Positions 13,776-22,716 of a DNA stretch of 32,663 nucleotides are shown one piece after another. The stretch is from a virus, in the IMG/VR virus record IMGVR_UViG_3300000352_000001, positions 1 to 32,663 of that record, one strand, 5' to 3'. Both the position numbers and the translations under genes were made by a program. How positions within the stretch are numbered: the stretch's first letter is position 1; each line of letters opens with the position of its first letter. The notes beneath the pieces were generated by a model, which saw only the letters and a list, made by a program, of their open reading frames with translations, was not told where the DNA came from and made no database searches.

Positions 13776-13819
13776 AATAAAAAAAGCCCTTATAGATTGG
13801 TGTCTATACAAGGGCTTTA
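13776..13819 (-). terminator. Rho-independent terminator ending the late (structural) transcription unit
   Basis: Minus strand AAAGCCCTTGTATAG-ACACCAAT-CTATAAGGGCTTT followed by TTTTTTT. It starts 3 nt after the stop of 13822..14409. Confidence 0.8.
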
Positions 13820-13821
13820 TA

Positions 13822-14409
13822 TTATTGGAACAATGTTGCGATTGTCTTTGCAGCTGCTTTGATTGCATCCAGTTCTTCTAGCTTCTTTTCTAGCTCCTGG
13901 ATCTTCTCATTTGCTATCCCAAGATTTTCAAGTGCTTCGTCTTTCTTGGCTTCGCATTCAATGAGTTCATCATAGCGTTCTTTACCGATAGTAACTGTTT
14001 CTGGTTCTGGTTCGGTTGGTGCTGTGACTTCTTGTTCCGTTTGGACTTCTTCGGCTTCAAATTTGGCTTCCTCCGCTTTTTCAGCTACTGGTGTGAGTTC
14101 TTCTTCGTCTTCGATGATTTCAACCGCTACAGGAGCGTTTGGAACGTTTTCTTCTTGGACGTTAAATCTTTCAAACTCTACAGTGCCTCTTGATGCAATG
14201 ATTTCTTTCAATTCATCAATTGTGACACCTAAGATTGAGCATGCTCGAACTGTGTCGATTGCTTCTGGTCCACCAGCATTGTTGATGATATAAAGAGCGC
14301 CATTTTCAGTGACACCTACAGCAACCTTTGTTAGAGATTCGTTTGTAAGTTTCACAAGCTCTTCTGCGCTTCGGATTTTACCATAGGATGCTAAGTTAGT
14401 TTTACCCAT
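13822..14409 (-). CDS. Hypothetical protein with an acidic, coiled-coil C-terminal half; start revised
   Basis: The ATG at 14409 follows GGAGGTGAACTCC. It is the last gene of the late operon. No lysin motif recognised. Confidence 0.5.
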   Translation of the reverse strand: MGKTNLASYGKIRSAEELVKLTNESLTKVAVGVTENGALYIINNAGGPEAIDTVRACSILGVTIDELKEIIASRGTVEFERFNVQEENVPNAPVAVEIIEDEEELTPVAEKAEEAKFEAEEVQTEQEVTAPTEPEPETVTIGKERYDELIECEAKKDEALENLGIANEKIQELEKKLEELDAIKAAAKTIATLFQ

Positions 14410-15175
14410 GGAGTTCACCTCCGCTATCGTTGATGATCATATCGAGTGAATTTACTTCTAGTCCAATCTCATCCGACCTTGCTTTGAGTGCATTCAATTG
14501 CGCCTCATAACTATCGTATCTAATTTGCTGCTCTGCTGTTAATGCACCAGCTTTTAATTTCTTGATACGATTTACTGCTTCAATAACGTCATGATTTAAA
14601 TCAGTAATAGTTTTGACGTCATGATCTATGGATTTGAGTTCTTTAAGCAATGCGTGTTTCTTGTCTTTTGCTTCCTTAACTCTCTTCGCCTTTTCCCCTA
14701 GCTCTTTACCAAATGAAAGGATACCGGGTGCTGCTGAGAACCCTGCAAATACAAGGATTTCAACAATGTATTCGCTGAACGGTGATAGCTCAGGTACGAT
14801 GACTGAGAGCACGCCTAAAATAATTAGAACGACCGTTAAAACGAATGATAAAATTTGTACTACACTTAATCTTTTTGCCCATCCAAACATGTTACTTCCT
14901 CCTTTTTTGAATGATCTTAATAGTCTAACTGCTAATTTTGCCTTAGTTTCTGGATATAATACCTGATCAGCAGTTGCTGCTGCTGATGTCATTTTCTCTA
15001 CGTTCATCTTACCACCTCTCATTACTTTGCCCATGGCTACAAGTAATAGCACTATAGAGAGCATGTAAAATGTTTTTTGAAGCCATGCTAGTTCTATGCT
15101 ATCCATTAAACCAGCAATGGCAGTAAAGATGTAATATAGGATTAACTCAATTAATGTTCGTAATTTCCCCCACAT
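14402..15175 (-). CDS. Multi-pass membrane protein with a C-terminal coiled coil
   Basis: About four hydrophobic helices (for example ILSFVLTVVLIILGVLSVIV), followed by a charged coiled-coil tail. Confidence 0.55.
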   Translation of the reverse strand: MWGKLRTLIELILYYIFTAIAGLMDSIELAWLQKTFYMLSIVLLLVAMGKVMRGGKMNVEKMTSAAATADQVLYPETKAKLAVRLLRSFKKGGSNMFGWAKRLSVVQILSFVLTVVLIILGVLSVIVPELSPFSEYIVEILVFAGFSAAPGILSFGKELGEKAKRVKEAKDKKHALLKELKSIDHDVKTITDLNHDVIEAVNRIKKLKAGALTAEQQIRYDSYEAQLNALKARSDEIGLEVNSLDMIINDSGGELHG

Positions 15176-15509
15176 AGACCCCTCCTAATAATTTTATCAC
15201 GCTTTCTTCTACCCATTGAGTAAACGCTCCCCATGGGTCTAGTCCTAGGATTACTTGTGCCACAATAAATGTGCCTACCGCTAGAATGAACAAGCTTGTG
15301 ATGAATGGCCAATACCATGATGGTGAAAACAATGTGTATCCTACTTTTTGGATTCCTACGAGCAATTTAGCTATGAGCCATACTAGGACATACACTAGCG
15401 TTCCGAACAATACGATGTAATAAAGGATTCTTAGCCACTTAGGTAAGTGGTCGCCAATCCGATATGCAAATCTTTTATTTAATGTTTCAGTCATGTTATG
15501 ATTTCCCAT
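15147..15509 (-). CDS. Small membrane protein, holin candidate
   Basis: 120 aa with 2-3 predicted TM helices (ILYYIVLFGTLVYVLVWLIA; FITSLFILAVGTFIVAQVILG). It lies after the tail-fibre genes. Confidence 0.45.
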   Translation of the reverse strand: MGNHNMTETLNKRFAYRIGDHLPKWLRILYYIVLFGTLVYVLVWLIAKLLVGIQKVGYTLFSPSWYWPFITSLFILAVGTFIVAQVILGLDPWGAFTQWVEESVIKLLGGVYVGEITNIN

Positions 15510-15718
15510 CCTTGTATTGTTGTTGTTACTCCGTTTGGAACACTTCCATGCAAGTTATCATCAAACCTTGAAGAAAGGATAATAAGCATACTTTCATGAG
15601 AACACTCCCAAACCATTTCATTATTTTCACCGGTATCCAAAACCTCAATGGTTTTGAATTTTGATTCAGATGGTGACTGTCTGATATCATTTATAAATTG
15701 TTCTTTTAATGTAATCAT
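15491..15718 (-). CDS. Hypothetical small protein
   Basis: 75-aa coupled ORF. Confidence 0.4.
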   Translation of the reverse strand: MITLKEQFINDIRQSPSESKFKTIEVLDTGENNEMVWECSHESMLIILSSRFDDNLHGSVPNGVTTTIQGWEIIT

Positions 15719-16461
15719 TCTGCGTATACCGACCTAACTGCTGATTTTAATTCACCACTGACCTGAGCAGTTGCATAGACTGTAACACCTACCCCTTGCT
15801 GTGTGACTGTTACCCATGATGTGTATGCGTTGTATGCAATTGATCCCCTATTAGTGGTTGGTGGATTTGTTCCTACGTCCATCAAGATAGTTGCTGAACC
15901 TGAATTATCCACGTTTCTTGCTCTTACTTGAACTGATACCAACGATGTGCCTATATACTGCGTAAACAAGGTAGGCATAACTGTTTGCGGTGTGGATTCT
16001 GTCCATTGTGCATAATAGGTTGTATCTGCGCTAGGGGTTGTATATGGAAAGGTTAATTGACTGCCCCCACTTGTCGCTGTAAACCATCCATTAAAGGTAT
16101 ATCCGCTTCTTGTTGGATTACCTGGATTAGTTACCGTTTCAACGCCAGTAGTTCTTCTTTGGGTTGAGTATGTTCCACCACCTGAATAATTTAAATTAAA
16201 TGTAATAAGTGGTCTTTTATGCATTGTGGTACTTCCAACCTTAACTTCATACACTTCATCTCTTGTACCAACACATTTGTATTTGTTTCCACCATAAGTT
16301 ACATAGCCTATACCAACCATACTAAATGGGCAGGTTATTTCCTCTAGTGGATCTCTACCGTAATCACCACCATCAAGACCAGTAGCAGCATTATCTAACT
16401 GCCATTTTGCATTACTTGTATAAACATTTATCATGTTTGTTGATCCAACTTTTAATGGCAT
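15715..16461 (-). CDS. Listeria-Bacteroides repeat (Flg_new-type) domain protein; putative adhesion/receptor-binding component
   Basis: GYTFNGWFTATSGGSQLTFPYTTPSADTTYYAQW matches the repeat consensus. It lies in the tail-fibre module. Confidence 0.6.
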   Translation of the reverse strand: MPLKVGSTNMINVYTSNAKWQLDNAATGLDGGDYGRDPLEEITCPFSMVGIGYVTYGGNKYKCVGTRDEVYEVKVGSTTMHKRPLITFNLNYSGGGTYSTQRRTTGVETVTNPGNPTRSGYTFNGWFTATSGGSQLTFPYTTPSADTTYYAQWTESTPQTVMPTLFTQYIGTSLVSVQVRARNVDNSGSATILMDVGTNPPTTNRGSIAYNAYTSWVTVTQQGVGVTVYATAQVSGELKSAVRSVYAE

Positions 16462-16469
16462 AATTACTC

Positions 16470-16697
16470 CTAAGGTAGTGTGATTGTAAGTGTGGTTCCG
16501 CTTACTGAGAATTGAGGTCTATTGTTTATATCACTATAAACATGTGTATGCGCCGATGGTGCTTTTCCATTAATGGCACTTTCCATATTTGCAAGTTGAG
16601 TACTTAAGTTGATGACTTGTGCGATGGTCGTTTTTGGATAGAAATTATCCCAATTAGAACCATCATACTTTTTAATTGTTATAGTTCTATCCGCCAT
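16470..16697 (-). CDS. Short tail-fibre-like protein; N-terminal paralogue of the adjacent fibre
   Basis: MADRTITIKKYDGSNWDNFYPKT aligns with MATYDVTIKKHNGSDWDTIYPKT of 16711..17616. It also contains an SAHTHVYSDI motif. Confidence 0.55.
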   Translation of the reverse strand: MADRTITIKKYDGSNWDNFYPKTTIAQVINLSTQLANMESAINGKAPSAHTHVYSDINNRPQFSVSGTTLTITLP

Positions 16698-16710
16698 ATT
16701 GACCCCCTAG

Positions 16711-17616
16711 TTAAACGTTATGGAAAATAATATCACCGTCTGACCATGGACCTGTATCAGGAGTAGGTATTGAACCGCTCGCAATATAGGTGATTAGTCT
16801 TTGTTTAATATCCAATGCACCTTGTAATCCTGTAATCTTAGAAATGGCCAAGGCAGGAATACGAGCATCTGCCAATGTTCCACTGCCAATCTTAGAAGCA
16901 GGTAAACTCGGGATGTCTCCCTCTGCTAAATCTGCCCCGCCAGTAACTAACCCTTTTGAATCATATGTAATTTTAGTTTTAGTTGCTCCAGTAATAGCAG
17001 TGTTGGCTGTTACCTTTAATGCAATAGCTGCTGCTTGTGCCGTGGATACTGGCTTGTTTGCATCTGATGTATTATCAACGTTACCTAATCCAACATCGCC
17101 CTTAACGAGTGATACCGCTCCAGTTTTGCCTGCAACTGAAGTCACAACATCATCAGGTGTTTGTAACAATGTGAAGTCTGATGCAGTACCTGTTGTACCA
17201 CCATTATGAATATAGGTTTGTTTATCAGTTGTAAGAATCAACACATCTCCCTCTTGTGCGGAAGTAGGATCATCGGCATAAATAGTGATAAAAGATGCTA
17301 GTGTTGTAGATACCATCACGTTTGTTAATGCAATTGCAGGTAGTCTTGCCGCATCTAACACTCCTGATGCAATCTTACTTGCATCAAGCGATGGAATACG
17401 TGCAACATCTAACACTCCTGCATTGATTTTGGATGCATTGAGATTTGGAATTCTATCTACTCCAAGTGTTCCTGCATTGATTTTAGATGCATCTAAACTT
17501 GGAATACGTGCAGCATCTAATACCCCTGATATAATGTTTTCTGCTTTAGTTTTAGGATAAATAGTATCCCAATCGCTACCGTTATGCTTTTTAATTGTTA
17601 CATCATAAGTGGCCAT
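16711..17616 (-). CDS. Tail fibre protein with tandem 20-aa repeats
   Basis: (A/D)RIPSLDASKINAG(T/V)L repeated 3-4 times near the N-terminus and once near the C-terminus. Position in the tail module supports the call. Confidence 0.7.
   Translation of the reverse strand: MATYDVTIKKHNGSDWDTIYPKTKAENIISGVLDAARIPSLDASKINAGTLGVDRIPNLNASKINAGVLDVARIPSLDASKIASGVLDAARLPAIALTNVMVSTTLASFITIYADDPTSAQEGDVLILTTDKQTYIHNGGTTGTASDFTLLQTPDDVVTSVAGKTGAVSLVKGDVGLGNVDNTSDANKPVSTAQAAAIALKVTANTAITGATKTKITYDSKGLVTGGADLAEGDIPSLPASKIGSGTLADARIPALAISKITGLQGALDIKQRLITYIASGSIPTPDTGPWSDGDIIFHNV
17329..17541 (-). repeat. In-frame tandem repeats of about 60 bp inside the tail fibre gene
   Basis: The peptide units RIPSLDASKINAGTLGVD / RIPNLNASKINAGVLDVA / RIPSLDASKIASGVLDAA are visible, and the periodicity also shows in the DNA. 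Confidence 0.7.
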
Positions 17617-17619
17617 AAA

Positions 17620-17997
17620 TTAGTCCTCTTTCTTCTTAACACTAATAAAGATGTCTTTATATTTTTGATAGTATAAAACTTGTAGATTGATAGTGTTATC
17701 CATCATGTCAAATAGATTAACTATTGTTTCGTTCTGACTATCTAAGTCTTTCTTCATTACATTTTGATGATGCTGGAATTGTTGGATTAGTTCATTTTCT
17801 CTTGATTCAAAAGTAGCAATCACTTCTTCTGCTTTAGATACTTTTTCTTGATCCTCTTTTCTAGCACTAACGATAATGTCATGACTAAGTTTTAACTTGT
17901 CGTAATCATCAACTTTCACTTTATTTATTGCAATATCTTTTTCTAAAGATTCAATCTTTTTTATTAATTCCGATTTTGTCAATTTTGAATAGTTCAT
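17620..17997 (-). CDS. Hypothetical coiled-coil protein, possibly a fibre assembly factor
   Basis: 125 aa, heptad-rich, lying between Tal and the fibre. Confidence 0.4.
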   Translation of the reverse strand: MNYSKLTKSELIKKIESLEKDIAINKVKVDDYDKLKLSHDIIVSARKEDQEKVSKAEEVIATFESRENELIQQFQHHQNVMKKDLDSQNETIVNLFDMMDNTINLQVLYYQKYKDIFISVKKKED

Positions 17998-18152
17998 GAT
18001 TTTTCCTCTAGAGTTACTTTACTTCCATTGACTTGAGTTACCTCATAAGTCTTCCCGTTTGGTGTATGGATTTCATCACCTATTGCATATAGTGGTTGTA
18101 TTACATCACGCCACTTACCATCAATATTTTCTTTTAAGATTGCAACTATCAT
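17994..18152 (-). CDS. Hypothetical 52-aa protein; below the ORF-track cut-off
   Basis: Hand translation gives MIVAILKENIDGKWRDVIQPLYAIGDEIHTPNGKTYEVTQVNGSKVTLEEKS. AGGAGGTTAAAAG precedes the ATG, and the stop overlaps the next start (ATGA). Confidence 0.5.
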   Translation of the reverse strand: MIVAILKENIDGKWRDVIQPLYAIGDEIHTPNGKTYEVTQVNGSKVTLEEKS

Positions 18153-18163
18153 CTTTTAACCTC

Positions 18164-19810
18164 CTAGTCATCAATCATGAACCATGTACCACCATTATTA
18201 GGATCAGGTTCATGGCTTGCATCTGTAATTTGAATATCCGTATTTTGTTGAATGACATTAGTTACGCCTTTATTTCCGCCAGTCTTTTTAACAACATCGG
18301 TAACCGCTACTTCTTCTTTAATAATTTCAGTTAATAATGTTCTTTTAAATCCTAACTTTATTTCGACATAACTATTTTTTGAATTATGAATATAAGTCTT
18401 TTCTGATATTGGTATATCTTTGAAATTACCATTATCATCGTAGGCACGAATCATCGAATACAATTCAAGTGATTCTAAATCAATTGGCATCGCTACGTTA
18501 TTATCAGTAATAATGATATTTTCCATGTAACGACTATTAGCGAGTTCATAGACTGCATTTACTTGCGCTTCTGATAAAAACTCTGCTTCAAATATTTTAG
18601 AAACTACTGGATAAATTCGATTGCTTTCTGCAATTGATTGGTATCCATCATAGATTTTGTTATCTTTACCTAATAAATAGATTTTTTCAGGCAAACTAGG
18701 TCTTGGAATGTAAGTTACATCACTTAGTTTGTAATAGTCATAAGTTGGAGTTGATGCAGTTCTTTTCAAATAAGCAGTTTGACTGCAAAGTGTACCATCA
18801 GATAAAAAGTAATTGAATTTGATAACTGTATTAACTGAATATTGATTAGAATCACCTGCACGTCCCATCATGTCGCCTAACGATGGAACGGCACAAAAGG
18901 TTTCATTTAATCCAATAAGCATCTGCAATTTACTTGTTGCATTGTTGTAATCTGATGCCGTAGCTGTTGTCCATACATTACTGCCGTTTTGTAATCTTAA
19001 TGCAAAACCAGGTGCGTAACCATTTGGATCAGGTAATTCATTTGTTGCTAATGATGATTTATTACCCGCAGGTTGTGAAGCATAATAACTACTATCGCTT
19101 TCAACCCATGATGGTTCATCTGATATGGTGTTATATTTGATGGTAGCTACTGTTTTATTTACTTTAATATCACTTGAAGTGATTTCATGGATAAAGTCTT
19201 TTAATTTGATTTGAATGATTTCACTTGGGTTGCTTTTTGTAAATTCAAAGATAATTGTGTCATTGACTATATCGTAAGTTGTTTTGATGTAATACTCATA
19301 ATAAGATAAGTACACTTTCAGAAATTTTAATGCATTCACAATTAAGTATTGACCAGTGTAATCGGCAATAATTTTTGTATCTAATGCATCAACCGGTATA
19401 ACAAATTGAACTGATAACTTTGACATAAAATCATCTCTATTAGATGCCAATACTGCATTTGTTACTTTTGCAAATATTACCGATAATGCAAATGATCCAT
19501 CGCTTGAAAAATCAAGCAGTATATCCGTGTCTAGTATCTTCTTTAAATCATCACCGACAAATGATACCGATTTTGTATTATCTTTAGATGGCTTATAATT
19601 TTTTGTAAATCCTGAAAAGATTTGATTACCCCTGTCATCGTTAATAACATAGATTAAAGGATCATCCATTTTAACTTCAGTTGCACCTCTAATCGAGGCA
19701 GTATTAAAGTCATAAGTTCTAAGTGTTGTAGTATATTCGATGTTTATCACATTACCTAAGTGCTTTCTTTTTCCATCTACAACATCATAACCATAGAGTG
19801 CTGCATACAT
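18164..19810 (-). CDS. Tail-associated (Tal-like) baseplate/tip protein
   Basis: 548 aa, directly after Dit. Call is by position in the canonical TMP-Dit-Tal order. Confidence 0.6.
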   Translation of the reverse strand: MYAALYGYDVVDGKRKHLGNVINIEYTTTLRTYDFNTASIRGATEVKMDDPLIYVINDDRGNQIFSGFTKNYKPSKDNTKSVSFVGDDLKKILDTDILLDFSSDGSFALSVIFAKVTNAVLASNRDDFMSKLSVQFVIPVDALDTKIIADYTGQYLIVNALKFLKVYLSYYEYYIKTTYDIVNDTIIFEFTKSNPSEIIQIKLKDFIHEITSSDIKVNKTVATIKYNTISDEPSWVESDSSYYASQPAGNKSSLATNELPDPNGYAPGFALRLQNGSNVWTTATASDYNNATSKLQMLIGLNETFCAVPSLGDMMGRAGDSNQYSVNTVIKFNYFLSDGTLCSQTAYLKRTASTPTYDYYKLSDVTYIPRPSLPEKIYLLGKDNKIYDGYQSIAESNRIYPVVSKIFEAEFLSEAQVNAVYELANSRYMENIIITDNNVAMPIDLESLELYSMIRAYDDNGNFKDIPISEKTYIHNSKNSYVEIKLGFKRTLLTEIIKEEVAVTDVVKKTGGNKGVTNVIQQNTDIQITDASHEPDPNNGGTWFMIDD

Positions 19811-20553
19811 TAATCAATCACCCACTTTTTATAGTTATATGAAATGATTGCGCTCCATAAACTAGTTCCTTTTGTTAAAGTATAAGTTCCGTTTGGAACA
19901 ACCATAAAGGTGTCTTTTGACTTATCAATTCTGTTATAACCATTTGAATTTACCCCACTACTTATAAAAGTAACAACTTTATTTTCTGAATCAATAATGA
20001 GTGATTCATCTACTGATTGTGATTGTCCCAATCTAATTTCAAGCCCATTGTTTAATGTGATATTGTTACCAACCTCACCCTCGCCATTAATTGTTAAATT
20101 AACATTAATATCATCCGATGTATTATTTATGATTTCATGTGTTGATGATAAAGTTCCAGTAACAATTTCATACCAATAACTGGTTCTAGTAAGTTCTAGT
20201 TTTTCTCTTAAAATACCATATTCATTCTTTTCGGTTTTTGGTAACTTCTTAACCCACACATCAGCATATAAAATTCTTCCATTTACACTATATTCAAGAA
20301 TGAATTTATTTTTACCGTTTAAAGCAATAAAATCAGCCAGTAATTTAAACTTAGTATAGGCATTATCATTGACCCCTATATGTAATAAAAAAGTAATATC
20401 ATCGAATTTTCTTTGGTAAGAAGTTACTAATCCATTTTCAATAGTGACATCAAATCCAATACCTAAACCAGTCGGATAAGAAACAATAATATTATTATTT
20501 ATGAAATTAAATGAACTTGATTTTAAATGATTCCATAATATAAATTGTCGCAT
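19810..20553 (-). CDS. Distal tail protein (Dit)
   Basis: 247 aa immediately after the tape measure. Call is by synteny. Confidence 0.6.
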   Translation of the reverse strand: MRQFILWNHLKSSSFNFINNNIIVSYPTGLGIGFDVTIENGLVTSYQRKFDDITFLLHIGVNDNAYTKFKLLADFIALNGKNKFILEYSVNGRILYADVWVKKLPKTEKNEYGILREKLELTRTSYWYEIVTGTLSSTHEIINNTSDDINVNLTINGEGEVGNNITLNNGLEIRLGQSQSVDESLIIDSENKVVTFISSGVNSNGYNRIDKSKDTFMVVPNGTYTLTKGTSLWSAIISYNYKKWVID

Positions 20554-20567
20554 ATTGATTACTCCTC

Positions 20568-22703
20568 TTATCTTGCTTCTGCAAGTTTAATGTTAATTTG
20601 TCTTACCATTTCATCAACATCCACTTCTTCTGCATAGTTCTGGACTGTTACGTTGATATTGACTTCTTTGTTTGAATAGTCATTTGTGGTTGTCGTATTG
20701 TAACTGTTATTGATACCTTGGCCGTAAGTGTTATCTAATGCGGCTTGGGCAGTTCCTGCAGGTGTTTGTGGTTCTGGTGTCACTGCTGGTTGTGTTGTCG
20801 TTCCTGATTCGATATTGATTCGGATGTGATCGAGTTCCTTTAGTGATATTCCGAGCCATCCACCAAGGCTGTTGATTGCTCTTATCAAGTGGTTTATCAT
20901 ATCGATTCCGCTATTGATAACATTCTCGATGCCTTTGAGTACGAATTGGATCCCTTTTTCTACAAGAGAAAGCCCGGTTTGAAATAGATTAAAAATAAAA
21001 TCAAATACTGGAGCCAATCCCATGAGTGCATTTTTAAGTGGTGTTATCAGCTGAGTGATGAAAGCTATTCCTTTTTGAATTAATCCCATCACTGGTACCA
21101 GGACCATTTGTAGCAACTTAATGACTGGTGTCAATATTGCCATGAAGACTTTGATGTTGTTTGATAGTATTGCCATGACTGGTACTAATGCTGCTTGTAG
21201 TAATTGTATCAGTGGTGTGATAATAGGTCCTATCATATCTAGGATAGGTACTAGCAAGTCGCCTATCATAGTGATGAGTGGTTGTATGACTGTAATAATT
21301 TCGTTGAACAAATCACCCAACATCTGCAGGATTGGAGCTAGTGCAGTTCCTATTGTAGATACGATGTTGTTGATGGATTCTCTTACCTTTTCATTTGTGG
21401 TGTATAGAAGCACCATAATGCCTACGATGGCTGCTATCGCTGCTATGATTGGATGAGCCATTAGGAATGTCAATGCTTTAGAAAGACCGCCAAGACTGCC
21501 AATCATGCCGCCTATCGCTGATGTGATCTTTCCTATGATTAGGATTACTGGAGCCAACGCTGCAACTACTGTCAGCATGATTGCGATGTTTTCTTTTGTT
21601 TTATCTGATAAACCTGCAAACCATTCCGCCATGGAGCGTACTGCAGGTACTAATTTCTGCTGTATTAAATCTGTTAATGTCTGGAAGAGTGGTAGTAGCG
21701 ATACTGCTATGTCATTCTTAATGCTTGAGAATGCTGTTTTTATCGCTAGCCATTGATCGTCATACGCTGCTAGAGCTGATACTTGATCGTTTGTCATGTA
21801 TCCTAGCTCTTCAAACTCTTTCGTGAGTGCTGCGATGCCTTCCGCTCCGCCATTCAATAATGGAATAACTTTGGATCCAAGTCTTTCACCAAAGATTTTA
21901 TTTGCTAAGTATGCTTGTTCAGCTGCGTCCGGGATGGCGCTTAGTCTTTGGATCATTTGTTCAAAGTTTTCGCCCATGCCTTTAGCTGCATCTGATGCAC
22001 TAAAACCAAGACGTTGAAGCGCCTTGGAGCCTGTACTTGATGCACCCTGTGCAAGATCAGCAAATGAACCTTGCGTTTTAGCTAAGGACGTTTGAAGCGT
22101 AGTATTGTCAACTCCTAGTTGGTTTGCAATGTATTGCCACTTTTGAAGCTGCTCTGCGCTTAGATTCACAGCTTGACTTAAATCATCGATTGAAGCTGCT
22201 GTTTTAACGGTGCTATTAAAGAGTGCTGCAGTACCTGCCAAGGCTCCGACAGCCGCTGCTGAGAAAACAGCAAGCGACCGTCCGACCTTTGTTATAGCGG
22301 ATCCTGCAGTATTGAACTTGTTTGCTAGGTTCTCAAACTTTAAGTTTTGGAGATCCTGGAGTTCTTTTTTTAACTTGATAGCACTTGTTTCGGTTAGCGC
22401 TAGCTGCGTTTGTAGACGCTTGTATCCTTCGCTATCTACGGAGCCACCACTTTCTTCTAGATACTTCATTTGATCACGTAATGCTTTAGCTTTCGTATTG
22501 GTATCGTCAAGTGCTTTTTGTGCTGCCTTTTGAGCTGCAATAAAGGTTGTATCATCCCACTTGATTTTTAGTGATTCCACTAGGGCATCAGTTTGTTTGG
22601 ACGTGTTTCTGATTTCACGATCCATTGTTCTCAAGCCTTTTTCAAATTGTTTAGTGTCAGCGCCTATGGTTATAATGACACCTTTTGCTGTTTCTGCTGC
22701 CAT
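20568..22703 (-). CDS. Tail tape measure protein
   Basis: 711 aa with an N-terminal coiled coil and long hydrophobic, Gly/Ala/Ile-rich repeats. It follows the G/GT chaperones. Confidence 0.85.
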   Translation of the reverse strand: MAAETAKGVIITIGADTKQFEKGLRTMDREIRNTSKQTDALVESLKIKWDDTTFIAAQKAAQKALDDTNTKAKALRDQMKYLEESGGSVDSEGYKRLQTQLALTETSAIKLKKELQDLQNLKFENLANKFNTAGSAITKVGRSLAVFSAAAVGALAGTAALFNSTVKTAASIDDLSQAVNLSAEQLQKWQYIANQLGVDNTTLQTSLAKTQGSFADLAQGASSTGSKALQRLGFSASDAAKGMGENFEQMIQRLSAIPDAAEQAYLANKIFGERLGSKVIPLLNGGAEGIAALTKEFEELGYMTNDQVSALAAYDDQWLAIKTAFSSIKNDIAVSLLPLFQTLTDLIQQKLVPAVRSMAEWFAGLSDKTKENIAIMLTVVAALAPVILIIGKITSAIGGMIGSLGGLSKALTFLMAHPIIAAIAAIVGIMVLLYTTNEKVRESINNIVSTIGTALAPILQMLGDLFNEIITVIQPLITMIGDLLVPILDMIGPIITPLIQLLQAALVPVMAILSNNIKVFMAILTPVIKLLQMVLVPVMGLIQKGIAFITQLITPLKNALMGLAPVFDFIFNLFQTGLSLVEKGIQFVLKGIENVINSGIDMINHLIRAINSLGGWLGISLKELDHIRINIESGTTTQPAVTPEPQTPAGTAQAALDNTYGQGINNSYNTTTTNDYSNKEVNINVTVQNYAEEVDVDEMVRQINIKLAEAR

Positions 22704-22716
22704 GAAATCACTTCCT

